Part shown: one piece after another, positions 37,872 to 52,199 of the stretch
Position numbering within the stretch: position 1 is the first letter of the stretch
How the letters are laid out: the number at the start of each line of letters is the position of its first letter
DNA from: Malacoraja senta
Lineage: Eukaryota
DNA length: 64,000 nt
Direction of reading: 5' to 3'
Assembly (NCBI GenBank): GCA_038087875.1
Contig: CM075997.1
Coordinates: 6,574,001-6,638,000 of the forward strand
Notes under the pieces: generated by a model
The model's input: the letters and a program-made list of their open reading frames with translations, nothing else
Databases searched by the model: none
What the model was told of the DNA's origin: nothing
Made by a program: the position numbers and the translations under genes

Positions 37872-37880
37872 TGTATAAGA
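37872..37880 (+). promoter_or_regulatory. TATA-like box upstream of GPCR exon 1
   Basis: TGTATAAGA, about 80 bp upstream of the ATG at 37955. Confidence 0.4.
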
Positions 37881-37954
37881 GTTTGTTAAACCAATGTCCA
37901 TACACACAGTGAGCAGAGTCGTTGAGTACAACTGATCGGTGTCTCGCACGGAGA

Positions 37955-38024
37955 ATGGCATATCCAGCAATTTACCACATTGCGAGAATTTTCTATCCTG
38001 TGCTTGCAGCGGTTGGTATCCCTG
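37955..38024 (+). CDS. GPR139/GPR142-like orphan GPCR, exon 1 (MAYPAIYHIARIFYPVLAAVGIP)
   Basis: ATG at 37955 and CCTG|GTAAG donor (phase 1). Joins exon 2 in frame to give GIP-V-NLTAIVILSRGKCGLS. Confidence 0.85.
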
Positions 38025-38821
38025 GTAAGATAACGGAGTTGATTACAATGCGTTAGTTTTGGTCTTCTTGCTGTACCACATGCACAGAACAGAAGTCGCA
38101 TTCACACGTCGCGTTTCAATGACGCATTTAGAGTCTCTAGGTCTTCAGAGTTTTCAGACTTCAGATATCTGCTTTTTTATTTTAATATGTACATTGATTC
38201 TTTTGATGATCGGTTATTCCGTTAATTGCATCAATCAAATCGGTGTTAATATTGTCAATTTGCCAGTATTCTCTCTAACGTAACTTTCCTTTGCATTATT
38301 GGCGCATTTTCTTGTAGGCCTGGGTATCACTCGAAAGAGAAACATGAAACAAAATTGTCAACGAAGAGATGTTACCGGCTCCACGCTCCTTCGAGGAATT
38401 TTCCAGTTTATATGCGATACGCAGGACATGAGAAATCCCCTTTATTTGCCTACATGTTTTCAATTTCATCTGTATTAGGAAAGGTCTCTCGGTTTTCCCC
38501 TTTGACGTTCATTTTGAATGTGTTTTTTTTTTTTTTACCTTTGGTTCTTCTTGCCAAATGTGTTATACCAGAATAAACAGATTGTCTGTGATCATGTTTT
38601 CACCACCATCAATGCTCACTTCAACATTTTCAGCACCGATGCCAGGCCAGGTCTCGATGACTGAGGCGGTCAGTTGCTAACCGGTAAGCACGCCGTGGAC
38701 ATCAGAAACCCTGCACTAAAATGCCGAGATAATGCCGGCGGAACGGCCACTGCGGACCGCCGTAATAGTGGTCCGGGCGGAGTGCAGCGGCGGAGCGCGG
38801 ACCGACATGATTCTCACTCTA

Positions 38822-38970
38822 CCATAGAAACATAGACACATAGAAAATAGGTGCAGGAGGAGGCCATTTGGCCCTTCGAGCCAGCACCGCCATTCATTGT
38901 GATCATGGCTGATCGTCCCCAATCAATAACCAGTGCCTGCCTTCTCCCCATATCCCTTGATTCCACTAGC
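38822..38970 (-). mobile_element. CR1 3' end inside the GPCR intron
   Basis: CATAGAAAATAGGTGCAGGAGGAGGCCATTTGGCCCTTCGAG, identical in type to the CR1 tails at 10350 and 13850. Confidence 0.8.
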
Positions 38971-39150
38971 TGGTGTTCAGTAATGGTCCCTTTTTGGACC
39001 ATTCCAGTCCAGCCTGATCCGACACCGAGTTAGAAGAATGGAAACCATTCAAACCGTCATACGGCATTGTCAACATTTACATAAAATAAAACGGACGAGA
39101 TTTGGTGATCCTGGAGCTAACTTTTTCTTGTTTTTTAAAAATCTTTGCAG

Positions 39151-40049
39151 TTAATTTAACGGCAATTGTGATCCTCTCACGGGGAAAGTGCGGACTCTCC
39201 AAATGCATCACCCGTTACCTGGTGGGAATGGCAACAGCAGATCTAATGGTGGTTCTCGTTGTTGGTATAGTGGAGCAGATCAATTATATCTATATTTATG
39301 CCAATTTCTTACTCATCACTCCGCTCTGCGCCCTGACACTTGTACTCAGGGTTGTAACTATGGACTGTTCTGTGTGGTTAACGGTGGGGTTCACGTTCGA
39401 TCGTTTTATCGCAATTTGTTGTCATAAGTTTCGTGAACGGTACTGCAGCGAAAAAACAGCGACGGTGGTTATAGCGACAGTGGTCGCAATTAGCTGTGCG
39501 AGGAGTGCTCCTTTTTACTTTGCGGTAGAGCCTTATGTCATAATTGACAATGTTCCGTGGCGAGGCGCCCTAAAGGCAGAATACTTTACTTCAGCCGGCT
39601 GGAAAGCCTACGAGTTACTTGACAGTATCTTAACACCGTTGCTACCGATTTGTTTAATTCTATTGTTCAATGGGTTAACAATCAGACATATTATAGCTGC
39701 AAATAGGATCCGGAAAGGACTTCGGAACAGCAATGAGGATCAGAAGGATGCAGAAGTGGAGAACCGGAGAAAGTCAATGGTTTTGTTATTCGCTATATCA
39801 GCCAATTTCATATTATTTTGGATACCCTATGTAGTATCATCTGTGAACTGGCAAACGCAAAATTATTTTTACATGGACAGATATTTTAACACCCCAACAT
39901 ATATTTTACAACAGTTAGGATACGTTTTGCAAATGCTCAGTATGTGCACTAACACGTGCATTTATACACTAACACAGAGGAAATTCAGGGAACAACTGAA
40001 GCATGGAGTGAAATATCTGTTTACAGTAAATGGGAAACTGTGTAAGTAA
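39151..40049 (+). CDS. GPR139/GPR142-like orphan class A GPCR, exon 2 (322 aa spliced)
   Basis: TTTGCAG acceptor at 39144-39150 and an uninterrupted frame to TAA. Transmembrane helices with MATADL, TPLC, SVWLTVGFTFDRFIAIC, RRKSMVLLF, FILFWIP and CTNTCIY. Confidence 0.9.
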
Positions 40050-40556
40050 TCGCATAGTAAAATGGTAACTTGACTGAGTTTTGAAATAAATATTATAAAC
40101 GATTCGTAGGTTTGTCAAGTATGCCGTTACTTCGTGTAAGCACTTGCCTCACTGTTGGACACCAGTTAGGTAGGCAGCATTGTTACCTCGGGAAACTGTG
40201 CCAACGAAATAAATGGTGCTGCCATGACGGTTACATTGACACAATTTTATTCCAAAACACTGGGTTATCGATACCTCCGACATCAGTGCACATTATTCTT
40301 TGGTAACTGGAGAAATATTACTTACAAGTGAAAATCAGGTGTCAAATTAAATGACACTAAATCTGCCGGTTTTTCATGCAAATAGTACAAAAACGGTTAA
40401 CCATTGCTTATTCGGCGCGGACAAATATCCTCTTTACGCAACTGAGAGCTACAACATGAAAACCCTGTCTTACACATGAATGTTTGCGTTATGGAGCATT
40501 TCCTGTACATGTGAAATGAGAGGGGGCTAATCGCTGACATGGCATAAGAGGGGGCT

Positions 40557-43500
40557 GATACATAGATACATAGAAACATAGAAAATAGGTGCAGGAATAG
40601 GCCATTCGGCCCTTTGAGCCTGCACCGCCATTCAATATGATCATGGCTGATCATCCAACTCAGTATCCCGTACCTGCCTTCTCTCCATACCCCCTGATCC
40701 CTTTAGCCACAAGGGCCACATCTAACTCCCTCTTAAATATAGCCAATGAACTGGCCTCAACTACCCTCTGTGGCAGAGAGTTCCAGAGATTCACCACTCT
40801 CTGTGTGAAAAAGTTTTTCCTCATCTCTGTCTTAAAGGATTTCCCCCTTATCCTTAAGCTGTGACCCCTTGTCCTGGATTTCCCCAACATCGGGAACAAT
40901 CTTCCTGCATCTAGCCTGTCCAACCCCATAAGAATGTTGTACGTTGCTATAAGATCCCCTCTCAATCTCCTAAATTCTAGCGAGTATAAGCCAAGTCTAT
41001 CCAGTCTTTCTTCATATGAAAGTCCTGACATCCCAGGAATCAGTCTGGTGAACCTTCTCTGCACTCCCTCTATGGCTATAATGTCCTTCCTCAGATTTGG
41101 AGACCAAAACTGTACGCAATACTCCAGGTGTGGTCTCACCAAGACCCTGTACAACTGCAGTAGAACCTCCCTGCTCCTATACTCAAATCCTTTTGCTATG
41201 AAAGCTAACATACCATTCGCTTTCTTCACTGCCTGCTGCACCTGCATGCCTACTTTCAATGACTGGTGTACCATGACACCCAGGTCTCGCTGCATCTCCC
41301 CATTTCCTAATCGGCCACCATTTAGATAATAGTCTGCTTTCCTGTTTTTGCCACCAAAGTGGATAACCTCACATTTATCCACATTATACTGCATCTGCCA
41401 AACATTTGCCCACTCACCCAGCCTATCCAAGTCACCTTGCAGTCTCCTAGCATCCTCCTCACAGCTAACACTGCCCCCCAGCTTAGTGTCATCCGCAAAC
41501 TTGGAGATGTTGCCTTCAATTCCCTCATCCAGATCATTAATATAAATTGTAAATAGCTGGGGTCCCAGCACTGAGCCTTGCGGTACCCCACTAGTCACTG
41601 CCTGCCATTGTGAAAAGGACCCGTTTACTCCTACTCTTTGCTTCCTGTTTGCCAGCCAGTTCTCTATCCACATCAATACTGAACCCCCAATACCGTGTGC
41701 TTTAAGTTTGTATACTAATCTCTTATGTGGTACCTTGTCGAAAGCCTTCTGAAAGTCCAGATACAACACATCCACTGGTTCTCCCCTATCCACTCTACTA
41801 GTTACATCCTCGAAAAATTCTATAAGATTCGTCAGACACGATTTACCTTTCGTAAATCCATGCTGACTTTGTCCAATAATTTCACCACTTTCCAAATGTG
41901 CTGCTATCCCATCTTTAATAACTGACTCTAGCAGTTTCCCCACTACCGATGTTAGACTAACTGGTCTGTAAATCCCCGTTTTCTCTCTCCCTCCCTTCTT
42001 AAAAAGTGGGGTTACGTTTGCTACCCTCCAATCCTCAGGAACTACTCCAGAATCTAAAGAGTTTTGAAAAATTATCACTAATGCTTCCACTATTTCTGGA
42101 GCTACTTCCTTAAGTACTCTGGGATGCAGCCTATCTGGCCCTGGTGATGTATCGGCCTTTAATCCATTCAATTTACCCAACACCACTTCCCGACTAACGT
42201 GGATTTCACTCAGTTCCTCCATCTCCTTTGACCCGCGACCCCTGCTATTTCCGGCAGATTATTTATGTCTTCATTAGTGAAGACGGAACCAAAATAGTTA
42301 TTCAATTGGTCCGCCATATCCTTGTTCCCCATGATCAATTCACCTGTTTCTGACTGCAAGGGACCTACATTTGTTTTAACTAATCTCTTTCTCTTCACAT
42401 ATCTATAAAAACTTTTGCAGTCAGTTTTTATGTTCCCTGCCAGTTTTCTTTCATAATCTATTTCCCTTTCCTAATTAAGCCCTTTGTCCTCCTCTGCTGG
42501 TCTCTGAATTTCACCCAGTCCTCTGGTATGCTGCTTTTTCTGGCTAATTTGTACGCATCATCTTTTGCTTTGATACTATCCCTGATTTCCCTTGTTATCC
42601 ACGGATGCACTACCTTCCCTGATTTATTCTTTTGCCAAACTGGGATGAACAATTTTTGTAGTTCATCCATGCAGTCTTTAAATGCCTTCCATTGCATATC
42701 CACCGTCAACCCTTTTAGAACTAATTGCCAGTCAATCTTGGCCAATTCACGTCTCATACCCTCAAAGTTACCTTTCTTTAAGTTCAGAACCGTTGTTTCT
42801 GAATTAACAATGTCACTCTCCATCCTAATGAAGAACTCAACCATATTATGGTCACTCTTGCCCAAGGGGGCACGCACAACAAGACTGCTAACTAACCCTT
42901 CCTCATTACTCAATACCCAGTCTAGAATAGCCTGCTCTCTCGTTGGTTCCTCTACATGTTGGTTTAGATAACTATCCCGCATACATTCCAAGAAATCCTC
43001 TTCCTCAGCACCCCTGCCAATTTGATTCACCCAATCTATATGTAGATTGAAGTCACCCATTATAACTGTTTTGCCTTTGTTGCACGCATTTCTAATTTCC
43101 TGTTTGATGCTATCCCCAACTTCACTACTACTACTAGGTGGCCTGTACACAGCACCCACCAGCGTTTTCTGCCCCTTAGTGTTTCGCAGCTCTACCCATA
43201 CCGATTCCACATCCTCCAACCTAATGTCCTTCCTTTCCACTGCGTTAATCTCCTCTCTAACCAGCAACGCTACCCCACCTCCTTTTTCTTTCTCTCTATC
43301 CCTCCTGAATATTGAATATCCCTGGATGTTCAGCTCCCAGCCTTGGTCACCCTGGAGCCATGTCTCCGTGATCGCAATTATATCATAATCATTAATTGCT
43401 ATCTGCACGTTCAACTCATCCACCTTGTTGCGAATGCTCCTTGCATTAAGACACAAAGCCTTCAGGCTTGTTTTTACAACGCTCTTACCCCTTATACAAT

Positions 43501-43600
43501 TATGTTGAAAAGTGGCTCTTTTTGATTTTTGCCCTGGATTTGTCTCCCTGCCACTTTTACTTTTCACCTTGCTACCTATTGCTTCCGCCCGCATTTTACA
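40557..43600 (-). mobile_element. Young 5'-truncated CR1 with near-complete ORF2
   Basis: APE in 42458-43756 (CLNARSI, ITETWL, GDFN, SDH), linker 42210-42398, and RT 40660-42222 ([16 protein letters not shown]). CR1 3'UTR and tail are present. Confidence 0.92.
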
Positions 43601-43739
43601 CCCATTTTGAATGGGATGCAAACTCCGGGAGAATTTGCAGCAGTCGAAGATTTTGCTGGCGGGCGAACCAAAGCAAGTTTTCTGCGGGTGCTCGGGTTGA
43701 ATCGGTAATGAGAACGTTAAGGGGGAAGAAGTATCAGTC

Positions 43740-43867
43740 TTCGCTCTCTCTCTCACTCACACTCTCACTACTCTCACTCTCTCACACACACATTCGTGCA
43801 CGCACACACACTCACAGACACGCACACCGACACGCACACACTGGAACACACAGGCACACACACACAT
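43740..43867. repeat. Imperfect (CT)/(CA) microsatellite
   Basis: Direct reading of the sequence. Confidence 0.8.
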
Positions 43868-44544
43868 AGAATTATATTTAATTCATTGTGATTCACGTTG
43901 TCCGTAACCCTCTTTTTCAAAATCTTCAATGTTTGAGCCACGACACCAAGGAAGAACGAAAGAGAAACCAGAACGGATTAAAAGTAAAAGGGGTGAGCTT
44001 GATTTTCGTATTCCCGCCGTTCTCAGATACAGTGTGAGAATAAGGGGTGCATTCTGTACCTGCCGTCTCTGGTAGTGTGTGAAAGTGTGGGGTTCATTCT
44101 CTTTCTTCGTTGTATTTCGATAAATCGCGGTAATCGTAATCAGAATTTAATCATGGTTTATATTCACTGAATACCGACTGCATCCCTTTCTTACCAGTTC
44201 ATAGCAAGGTTGGCAAACTGGTTTGTAACAACACCCGGAGCGGTGCTGGCTCGAAGGGCCGAATAACCTACTCCTGCACCTATTGTCTATTGGCTATTGT
44301 CTTCGGGCAACAACACCTTTCAACTGCGGGCATTAATGTCGGTACTGTTTCTAAAGTGCACCTCAGGATTTTCCACATTACATGTCATCCGTCAGGTCGT
44401 CGCCCTCTTCTTTCACCTGTCGCTATATCCTGATGCCTCTCTGTTTCACAACCTACACTGACGCCCAGCTTTGTATCAACAACAAACTTTAATATATTTC
44501 CCTTTACAACCAAATTAAAAATGGTGGAAATCTGAAACAAGAAC

Positions 44545-44775
44545 ATAGCGGCCAAAAGGTCATAGGAGGAGAATTAGTCTATTCGGCCTATCAAGTCTAC
44601 TCCGCCATTCAATCATGGCGGATCTATCTCTCCCTCTCAACCTCATTATCCTGCCTTCTCCCCATATCCCCTGACACTCGTAATAATCAAGAATTTATCT
44701 ATCTCTGCCTTAAACATATCAATTGACGGCCTCCACTGCCTTCCGTGACAAATAATTCCACAGGTGCACCACTCA
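44545..44775 (-). mobile_element. CR1 3' fragment
   Basis: CCGCCATTCAATCATGG..CCTGCCTTCTCCCCATATCCC, a CR1 3' pattern. Confidence 0.7.
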
Positions 44776-44984
44776 TAAACCGCGGAAACACTCAACAGGA
44801 CGAGCAAGAGAGCTTTTCATCTGGCGACCTAAATCGCTACATGATCGTTGTCTCGGCTTCCGGACCTACCGTGTCTAACCTTGTTTCTGCGATCTTTGAT
44901 TTTCATTGTGAACTGATCTGATGAAAGATCGCTGGAGAATTTCACCGGTGCCTGATCTGGTGTTTCTCTCTCTTTCTATACAAC

Positions 44985-45262
44985 ACGCGTAATACAGCGT
45001 GGAAACAGCCTCCCTTTGGGCACCGAGTCCATTCCAACCATCGGTAAAACTTTTACACTAGTTCTATTTTATCCCATTTTAACATCCATTTCCCACACAC
45101 GGGGCAATTTACAGAGGCCAGTTAACGTATAAACCTGCGCGTCTTTGGAATGTGGGAAGAAACTTGAGCTCAGTACAGACAGTACCCGTACTCAAGATCG
45201 AACTCAGGTGTCTGGTGTCTGGTGCTATGAGGCACAACCTAACGCTGCGCCACTGTGCCGCT
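44985..45262 (-). mobile_element. V-SINE/HE1-like SINE
   Basis: Minus strand starts GAGCGGCACAGTGGCGCAGCG (A-box-like) and contains GTTCGATC (B-box-like). Confidence 0.65.
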
Positions 45263-46109
45263 CTAGAAAGCCCTTATGATTGATGGCAATATTGGCTTCA
45301 TGCTCAGCTGCCCCCACGTCTTAAAATACAACGAGTAATCTTAAATTTAGGTCACAAACCTGGTGTTTAACTTGCCTTAAAATATAAAGATCAGTCGCGC
45401 GTGGTTGCGGCATAGCGCCGTACCCTCTCCTCTCTTCAATCCCAAGTTTGAGAATGGATGAGATATTTCTCACGCAAATGGTTTCACGGATCAAAGTACT
45501 TGGACTTAACTGATCTACCTGGTCTGCTGACGCGTTTTGCTTTTTGGGGGAGGAAGTTCATCATTCAGTTTTGCACTAAATGCTTTATTCCCACTAAAGC
45601 TATCACAGAATCGGGAGAAAGCGCACAGGGAAGTACATCTGGATGATCAGCCATGTTCATACTGAATAGTGGTCCAAGCTGGAAGGACCTTTGCCAGCTT
45701 TTTATCTGTTTCAATGTCTGTGTCCAGTGGGAGAAGCGCATGAGGGAATTTACTTCTAAAACAGCTCACTTGCGTCGTACCTGCAGCTCAATGGGAGAGC
45801 CTGGAATGCCTCAACGCAGAGGCAGAACAAGGAGGGAAGAAAGAGACAAGGACTTTAAGACTTTTGCCTTCCATCACAGTGAGGAGGTGCCTGGTGGACT
45901 CAATGTGGTGGCTGTTAAACTGTGTTAAGTGTGTGTTTTGTTATTTTATTCTATGTTTTGACTGTAAGGTATACAATTTCGTTCAGACTGAAATGTCTGA
46001 ATGACAATAAAGGATACTTTACTTTACTTTACTTATGTTTGTTCAAGTGATTGTAACAAAGAGCATAGGAGAAGGGTGTAACCGTGTCTCGGGAGACTCA
46101 TACTCTATA

Positions 46110-46270
46110 GCAGCGTTTCTCAACCGGGGTTCCCCGGAACGCTAGGATTCCGCGAGAAGTCGCTAGGGGTTCCGAGAGAAGTAGTGTAAACAAGAGTCTA
46201 GTGTCAAACTACCGGGTCTCGGGCCCCATCTGGCACGCGAAGGGGTCCAATCCGGGCCGTGAGATGATTT
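46110..46270 (+). mobile_element. hAT/Charlie-like MITE termini
   Basis: CAGCGTTTCTCAACCGGGG.. and GTGTCAAAC..GGGCC..ATCTGGC resemble Charlie-family MITE ends. Confidence 0.4.
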
Positions 46271-46528
46271 CCCCAATGGCAGAGCGGGCTGCAGCTATCC
46301 CCGGTGCCGGATCGGGCTGGAGATGACACTGGTGCCGGGGCGTCCGTGCCGATGCGCGTGCGCGTGACCCGCCTCCCTGGTCAGCCGCGCGCTCCTTATA
46401 TGGCGAGAGGCCTCGGCTGCGCGATGCGAACTGTGACGAAACATTGACTGACACCCGACCCCACCAATCGAACCGCGGATTCTGCTCGGGGGGGTGGGGG
46501 GGGGGGCGGATCCGAACGCCACGAGAGC

Positions 46529-46625
46529 CAGTCTGAAGAAGGGTTTCGGCCCGAAACGTTACCTGTTTCCTTCGCTCCATAGATGCTGCTGCACCCGCTG
46601 AGTTTCTCCAGCATTTTTGTGTACC
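46529..46625 (+). mobile_element. Penelope-derived hammerhead-motif short element
   Basis: GTCTGAAGAAGGGTTTCGGCCCGAAACGTTACC plus the same tail as 60931-61030. Confidence 0.7.
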
Positions 46626-47647
46626 GCCAGAGAAACGGTCTGGCTGTCATCCCGCGTGACTGACACCTGGCTGGCCAAATAGAAGAACGGCTCGCCCTCC
46701 GGGCAGTCACCTGTGGCCAACGAGGAGGGAGGGGGCGGGCGCTGAGCCGGGTTAGTTTGCGCGATGCGGATGGGCTGGATCTGGATCTGCATCTGGATCT
46801 GGATGTTTTGTCAAAGTTCGTCTCTTAAAAAGCAGACAGCAACAACATTGTTAAAGGTAAACCAAGGCAATCTTTAATCGATTTGTCAGTCGGGAGTGGC
46901 GAGATCTACAAAGAGCACACACATTGCTCAGTGCTTCTCGGGCTCCACTCACAGAAGAAAGGAAAGTTAGCGCAATTATACCTTTTTTTAACGGTAAAAC
47001 ACTCCTACCAAGTTGAATATGGCATGACTGAAAGAATCTATAGCCTTTCAGAATATAGGAACAGCTGGGTCCAATTCAAGCTCATCCAATAACAAGTTAT
47101 TGCTCATGTCTGGAGCGTCAGCTATTTTTCCAGTCTTGGCTTCTTTAAGGCCTTGATAGAAGCACATGTTATTATGCAGGTTTCCATCTTAATGTCTTTA
47201 TTAAAAAAGACAACCTGTTCTCCATATTGTGTTCCATATAATTTTTTTTTAAATTTTTTTATTTTTTATTTTTTTATTTATTAGAAGTATATTACATTAC
47301 AACCACATACATTAGTACTCGTCACTTATATCTTCTTACAATTAATGTACTCCGTTTGTTTTTTACACTAGAAAAGGGAAAGGGTGAGATTGAGAGAAAG
47401 AAGAAGAAAGTGAAGGAAAAAGTGAAAGTGTAGAAAATGTGACAACAAGAAAGAACGAAGACCCTATAAGAACAAAATTAAAAACAAAAGAAAAAGAGTT
47501 AAGAAATAGACCATAGAAAAGAAAGAGAAAGAGGGAAAAGAGAAAAACAAATAGTTTTTATGAGCATTACGCAAATGGGACATACCAACTCTCCAACTTT
47601 CATCCCCCCTTACCTGACCTCAGTTTTTTTTAAAGTACCTTTGCACC

Positions 47648-50600
47648 CTATTTTTGTAATAATTCTATAAATACAGACCACGTCAGGTGGAAGTGATCTG
47701 GTTTACCTGCCAGGAGGAGTCTTATCTCTTCTAGGTGTAATGTTTCGAACATATTTGAAATCCACATGTTTATAGTTGGTATTGGAGCTTTCTTCCAAAA
47801 TTTTAGGATTAGCTGTTTTCCGGTTATTAACCCGTAGTCTATTAGTTTCTTTTGAAACACATTTAGTTCTGGATCATCTTCCGTTATTCCGAAGATAATC
47901 CAATCTGCTTTGGGTATCAGTTTTATTTTAAATAATTTTGTAAAGATTTCGAAAATTTCAATCCAAAATTTTTGAATTTTTGTACAGAAAACAAAAATTT
48001 TGAAGCTATAGTAGCTTCTTGGGATTGACATTTATCACAAAAGGATGATACATTTGGGAAAATTTTATGGATTTTAGTTTTGGAATAATATAATCTATGT
48101 AAAATTTTAAATTGTATTAAAGTGTGTCTTACATTAATCGAACATTTATGCACGTTTAATAAGTGTTCATTCCACATTTCCTTTGAAATTTTAATAGCTT
48201 ACTCTTGTTCCCAGTCTCTTCCGTAGATGGTTCTTTTGTATATTTTTTCAAATAGTCGCATATTTGAAAATATTTAAAATATTGATTATTTCCGAGTTTA
48301 TATTTTATTTGTAATTGTTGAAATGAAAGTAATTTTCCAGTTTCATATAAGTCACCGAACGTTTTAATTCCTAGTCTATCCCAATGTATGAAAGATTTAT
48401 CTATAGTAGAGGGATTAAACGAAGGGTTATTAACTATGGGAGATAAAAGTGATACATTTCTTAATTTTAAATTTTGTTTTATTTGTTTCCAAATTCGGAT
48501 TGTGCTATGTATAATTGGGTTCTTATTATAATTTATATTATTCAGTTTCATTGGTGAGAGGAGGATCGCTCCAATGTTTCCAGTGGAGCAATCCTCTTTC
48601 TCCATTACAATCCAGTCCACTTGCTGGGCAGAGTTATCCATCAATTGAATCATATTTTTAATATTTACTGACCAATAATAATACATGAAATTAGGTAGTG
48701 CTAACCCCCCTAATACTTTAGGTTTATTCAAGTGAGTTTTTTGTATTCTATGTGATTTATAGTCCCATATAAAATTAGTGATATCTGAGTCCAGTTTTTT
48801 TTTAAACTTCTTTGGTAAGTATATAGGAATCGATTGAAATAGTTATAAAATTTGTGGTAGAAAGATCATTTTTATTGCATTTATTCGGCCTATTAAAGAC
48901 ATCGGGAGCGTTTTCCAAAATTTAATTAATGTGTTTAATTTATTAAGTAGGGGCTCAAAATTTGCTTTAAACATACCTTGGTATGTTCTAGTAATTTCGA
49001 TTCCCAAGTATTTAAATTTTTCTGTAGCTATTTTAAAAGGGAATTTTAAAAGATGTGTTGAATCTTTCGGTTTTATTGACATAATTTCACTTTCATTCCA
49101 ATTTATTCTGTATCCAGAAAAAGATCCAAAGTCTTCAATTAAATTTAATATATTTGGTATAGTGATTTGAGGTTTTGTAATGTACAGTAATATGTCATCC
49201 GCGTATACAGATATTTTATTATTTGAGTCTTTAGTATTATACCCATGGATATCAGGGTGTATTCTAATTTTTTCTGCTAGCGGTTCAATAATAAGAGCAA
49301 ACAACTGTGGTGATAATGAGCATCCTTGTCTGTTTCCCCTTGATAGTTGGAATTTCGAGGATAATATGTTATCAGTTAATATTCTAGCTGTAGGTTTATT
49401 ATATAATAATTTAATCCATAGAATAAAATTCTCTCCCAGTTGGAATTTTTGTAATACTTTATCCATATAATTCCATTCTACTTGGTCAAATGCTTTTTCA
49501 GCATCCAGCGAGATAATTGATAATTCTTGTTCTTCAGATTTGTGTGAGTGCATTATGTTGAGTAAACGTCTCATATTGTTAGATGAGTATCTCTTAGGGA
49601 TAAACCCCGTCTGATCTGGGTTTATTAATTTACTAATATATTTACTTAATCTTCTAGCTAATGTTTTCGCTAATATTTTTTGATCTGTGTTTAACAATGC
49701 TATAGCTCTATATGAACCCGGTTCTTCTAAATCTTTGTCTTTCTTAAGTATTAGTGTAATCGTTGATTCCGCTAATGTATCAGGTAGTATTTGTTTTTTA
49801 AAAGCATATTGGTACATTTTTTGTAATCTTGGTATAATTTTATCATAGAAGCTTTTATAAAATTCATTAGTAAATCCATCCGGACCTGGTGTTTTTCCAT
49901 TCTTTAATGAGTTTATTGTCTCTTCTAATTCTTTAATTGAGATTTGTGCACCCAATTCCTCTTGTTCCTTCAGCTCTAACTTTGGAAGATTACAATTATC
50001 CAAAAACTCTGTGATTTTATTGGAATCAATTGTCGTTTTAGATGTATACAAATTCTCATAAAATTGCGCAAATCTTTTATTAATATCCTTCGGTGTGGTT
50101 AATAATTCCCCTTTATCTGATTTAATCTTTGGGACAGTATGTTCTTTTTCTCGTTTTTTTAACTGGCGAGCCAAAAGTTTATGCGGTTTATCTCCAAATT
50201 CAAAGTGCTCTTGTTTTGTAATTTGAAAAAGTCTTATACGTTTGGCTGATAATAATTTATTTAATTTAAATTTCAAAATTATTACTTTATTATATTTATC
50301 TATTGATGGATCTTTAGCATTATCTATATCCATTTGTCTAATAAGTTCTTCTAACTGTCTTTGTTCATTCTTATTCTTTTTATTTTGAAAAGCTTGATAT
50401 GAAATTATAATTCCCCTAATGTATGCTTTAAAAGATTCCCATAATACAGTAGACGATATATCTGGAGTGTCATTTATTTGAAAAAAGGCATCCATTTGTT
50501 CTTTTAAATATATACTCGCTTGTGGATCATTTAGGATTTGAGAATTAAATCTCCAAAACGATTTATTCTTAGACATTCCTTCCAGTTTTAAAAAGAAAGT

Positions 50601-51325
50601 TAGTGGAGAATGGTCTGAAATCGAATTTGTATGGTATGTTGGGTTAAAAGTATGAGGGATTAATTTTGTATCCAGCAGGAAATAATCTATACGTGAGTAT
50701 GTTTGTGTACCATTGAATAAAACGAGTATTCCCTGCCAGTTGGGTTAACAATTCTCCAAACATCTGCTATATTAGTATTGTTTATGTAAGTATTGAGAAG
50801 TTCATCGGTTTTAGATTTCATATTCCCTCTCTGTTTTTGGCTTGATTTATCTAAATATGGATCTAAAACACAGTTAACGTCTCCTCCTATTATAACATTT
50901 TGATAGCTAGACTCTGCAATTATGTTCAAAATTTTATTTAAAATATGAGGGTTGTCAAAGTTAGGCGCATGTATATTTACCAAGGTAATTGGAGTATCAT
51001 GAATTTCTCCATTAACTATTAAGTATCTCCCTTCGATGTCTGTTCTGATATTCTTTGCTTTAAATGGTATACCTTCTCTTATAATGATTGACGTACCTCT
51101 AGATTTCGAAGTAAATGAAGAATGGTATGTTTGACCTATCCATTTCGCCCTCAACCTTGCCTGATCCTGAGATTTTAAATGCGTTTCTTGTAAGAAGATA
51201 ATGTCAGAGTTGTACAGTTTCAGCTGAGCTAGTATCTTACCCCTTTTAATAGGTTTGTTAATACCTCTTATATTCCAACTACAGAATAAGATTCCTCCTA
51301 GGTTCTTTTGTTTCGCATGTTGCAT
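47648..51325 (-). pseudogene. L1 ORF2p (APE/RT/CCHC), disrupted
   Basis: ORFs 50687-51325 (SWNIRG, LQETH), 48843-50576 (KTPGPDG, DAEKAFD, QGCSLSP, YADD), 48156-48731, 47923-48177 and 47648-48031. Confidence 0.9.
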
Positions 51326-52199
51326 TTTGAATAATTATAGTACCTTTAAATCTTGTGGTGCATCCATATCCCAGGTCTTTGGGTATTGGGGGAACTTTTG
51401 AATTTCTAAGTTTTGTTGTGTATCCATTTTACGCTTATCACTAAACACAAAACACAAACATGTGAATTTGTGTGGTAATAATTTAAAAAAACTAAAAAAG
51501 TGAAAATACAGTGTCTAATATAGTCGGCACTGTAGCAAGTGGTCCACCTGTAGGTGGGAAAAAACCTTGTTTCGACTTCCATTGTGATGTTAAACAAATA
51601 GCTCCGCTCTCTTGGTTAATCATAACATATTAAAATATTAAAACGGGGCCTCAAATTCAGATATATAATACAGTTTTACCCTATATATTTCATTATAACA
51701 TATCATGTATATATCGCAATTTTAGCTACTAATTATTAAACAGATACTTTTGACTTCAATAATAGTCAACTGTTGGTTGAAGTGGTTAACGAGACGTGCC
51801 CCAGGGCCTAAGCCAAGTGCTCGTTTCTCATCCCCTCCTCCCACTTATAGATAAGGTTTCACTTTATTAAAAATTCATATTAGTATGTTAGTTCATTATT
51901 TTTTATTTTAAATTTTTTTATTTTATTTTTTGTTAGTATTCTAATCTAACATGAATAACTTATTAAGTTATTAATAGGATAAGTTCTTACAATTGGTTTT
52001 AATATTATAGTCTATTAACAGATAACTGCTTCTGGTATATACCATTCCCTTCTGTTCAGCTGTTTACTCATTTTGAACAGGAAGTGTCCTTGATTCAAAA
52101 TTCCATAGATAGCAGTCCAGCCATCCCCAGACAAAGCATTACTTGGAATGGTTCAGATCTGCCAAAACCCCCATTTGATTTCTATTTTTCAACGATACT

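Noticed and set aside
38628..38650. RE1/NRSE-like site TTCAGCACCGATGCCAGGCC in the GPCR intron
   Set aside because: Only the left half-site matches. The GGACAG half is poorly conserved.
39102..39150. ORF-track N-terminus (MVILELTFSCFLKIFA) of the GPCR
   Set aside because: It is intronic polypyrimidine/acceptor sequence with a non-ATG start. The real N-terminus is exon 1 at 37955-38024.
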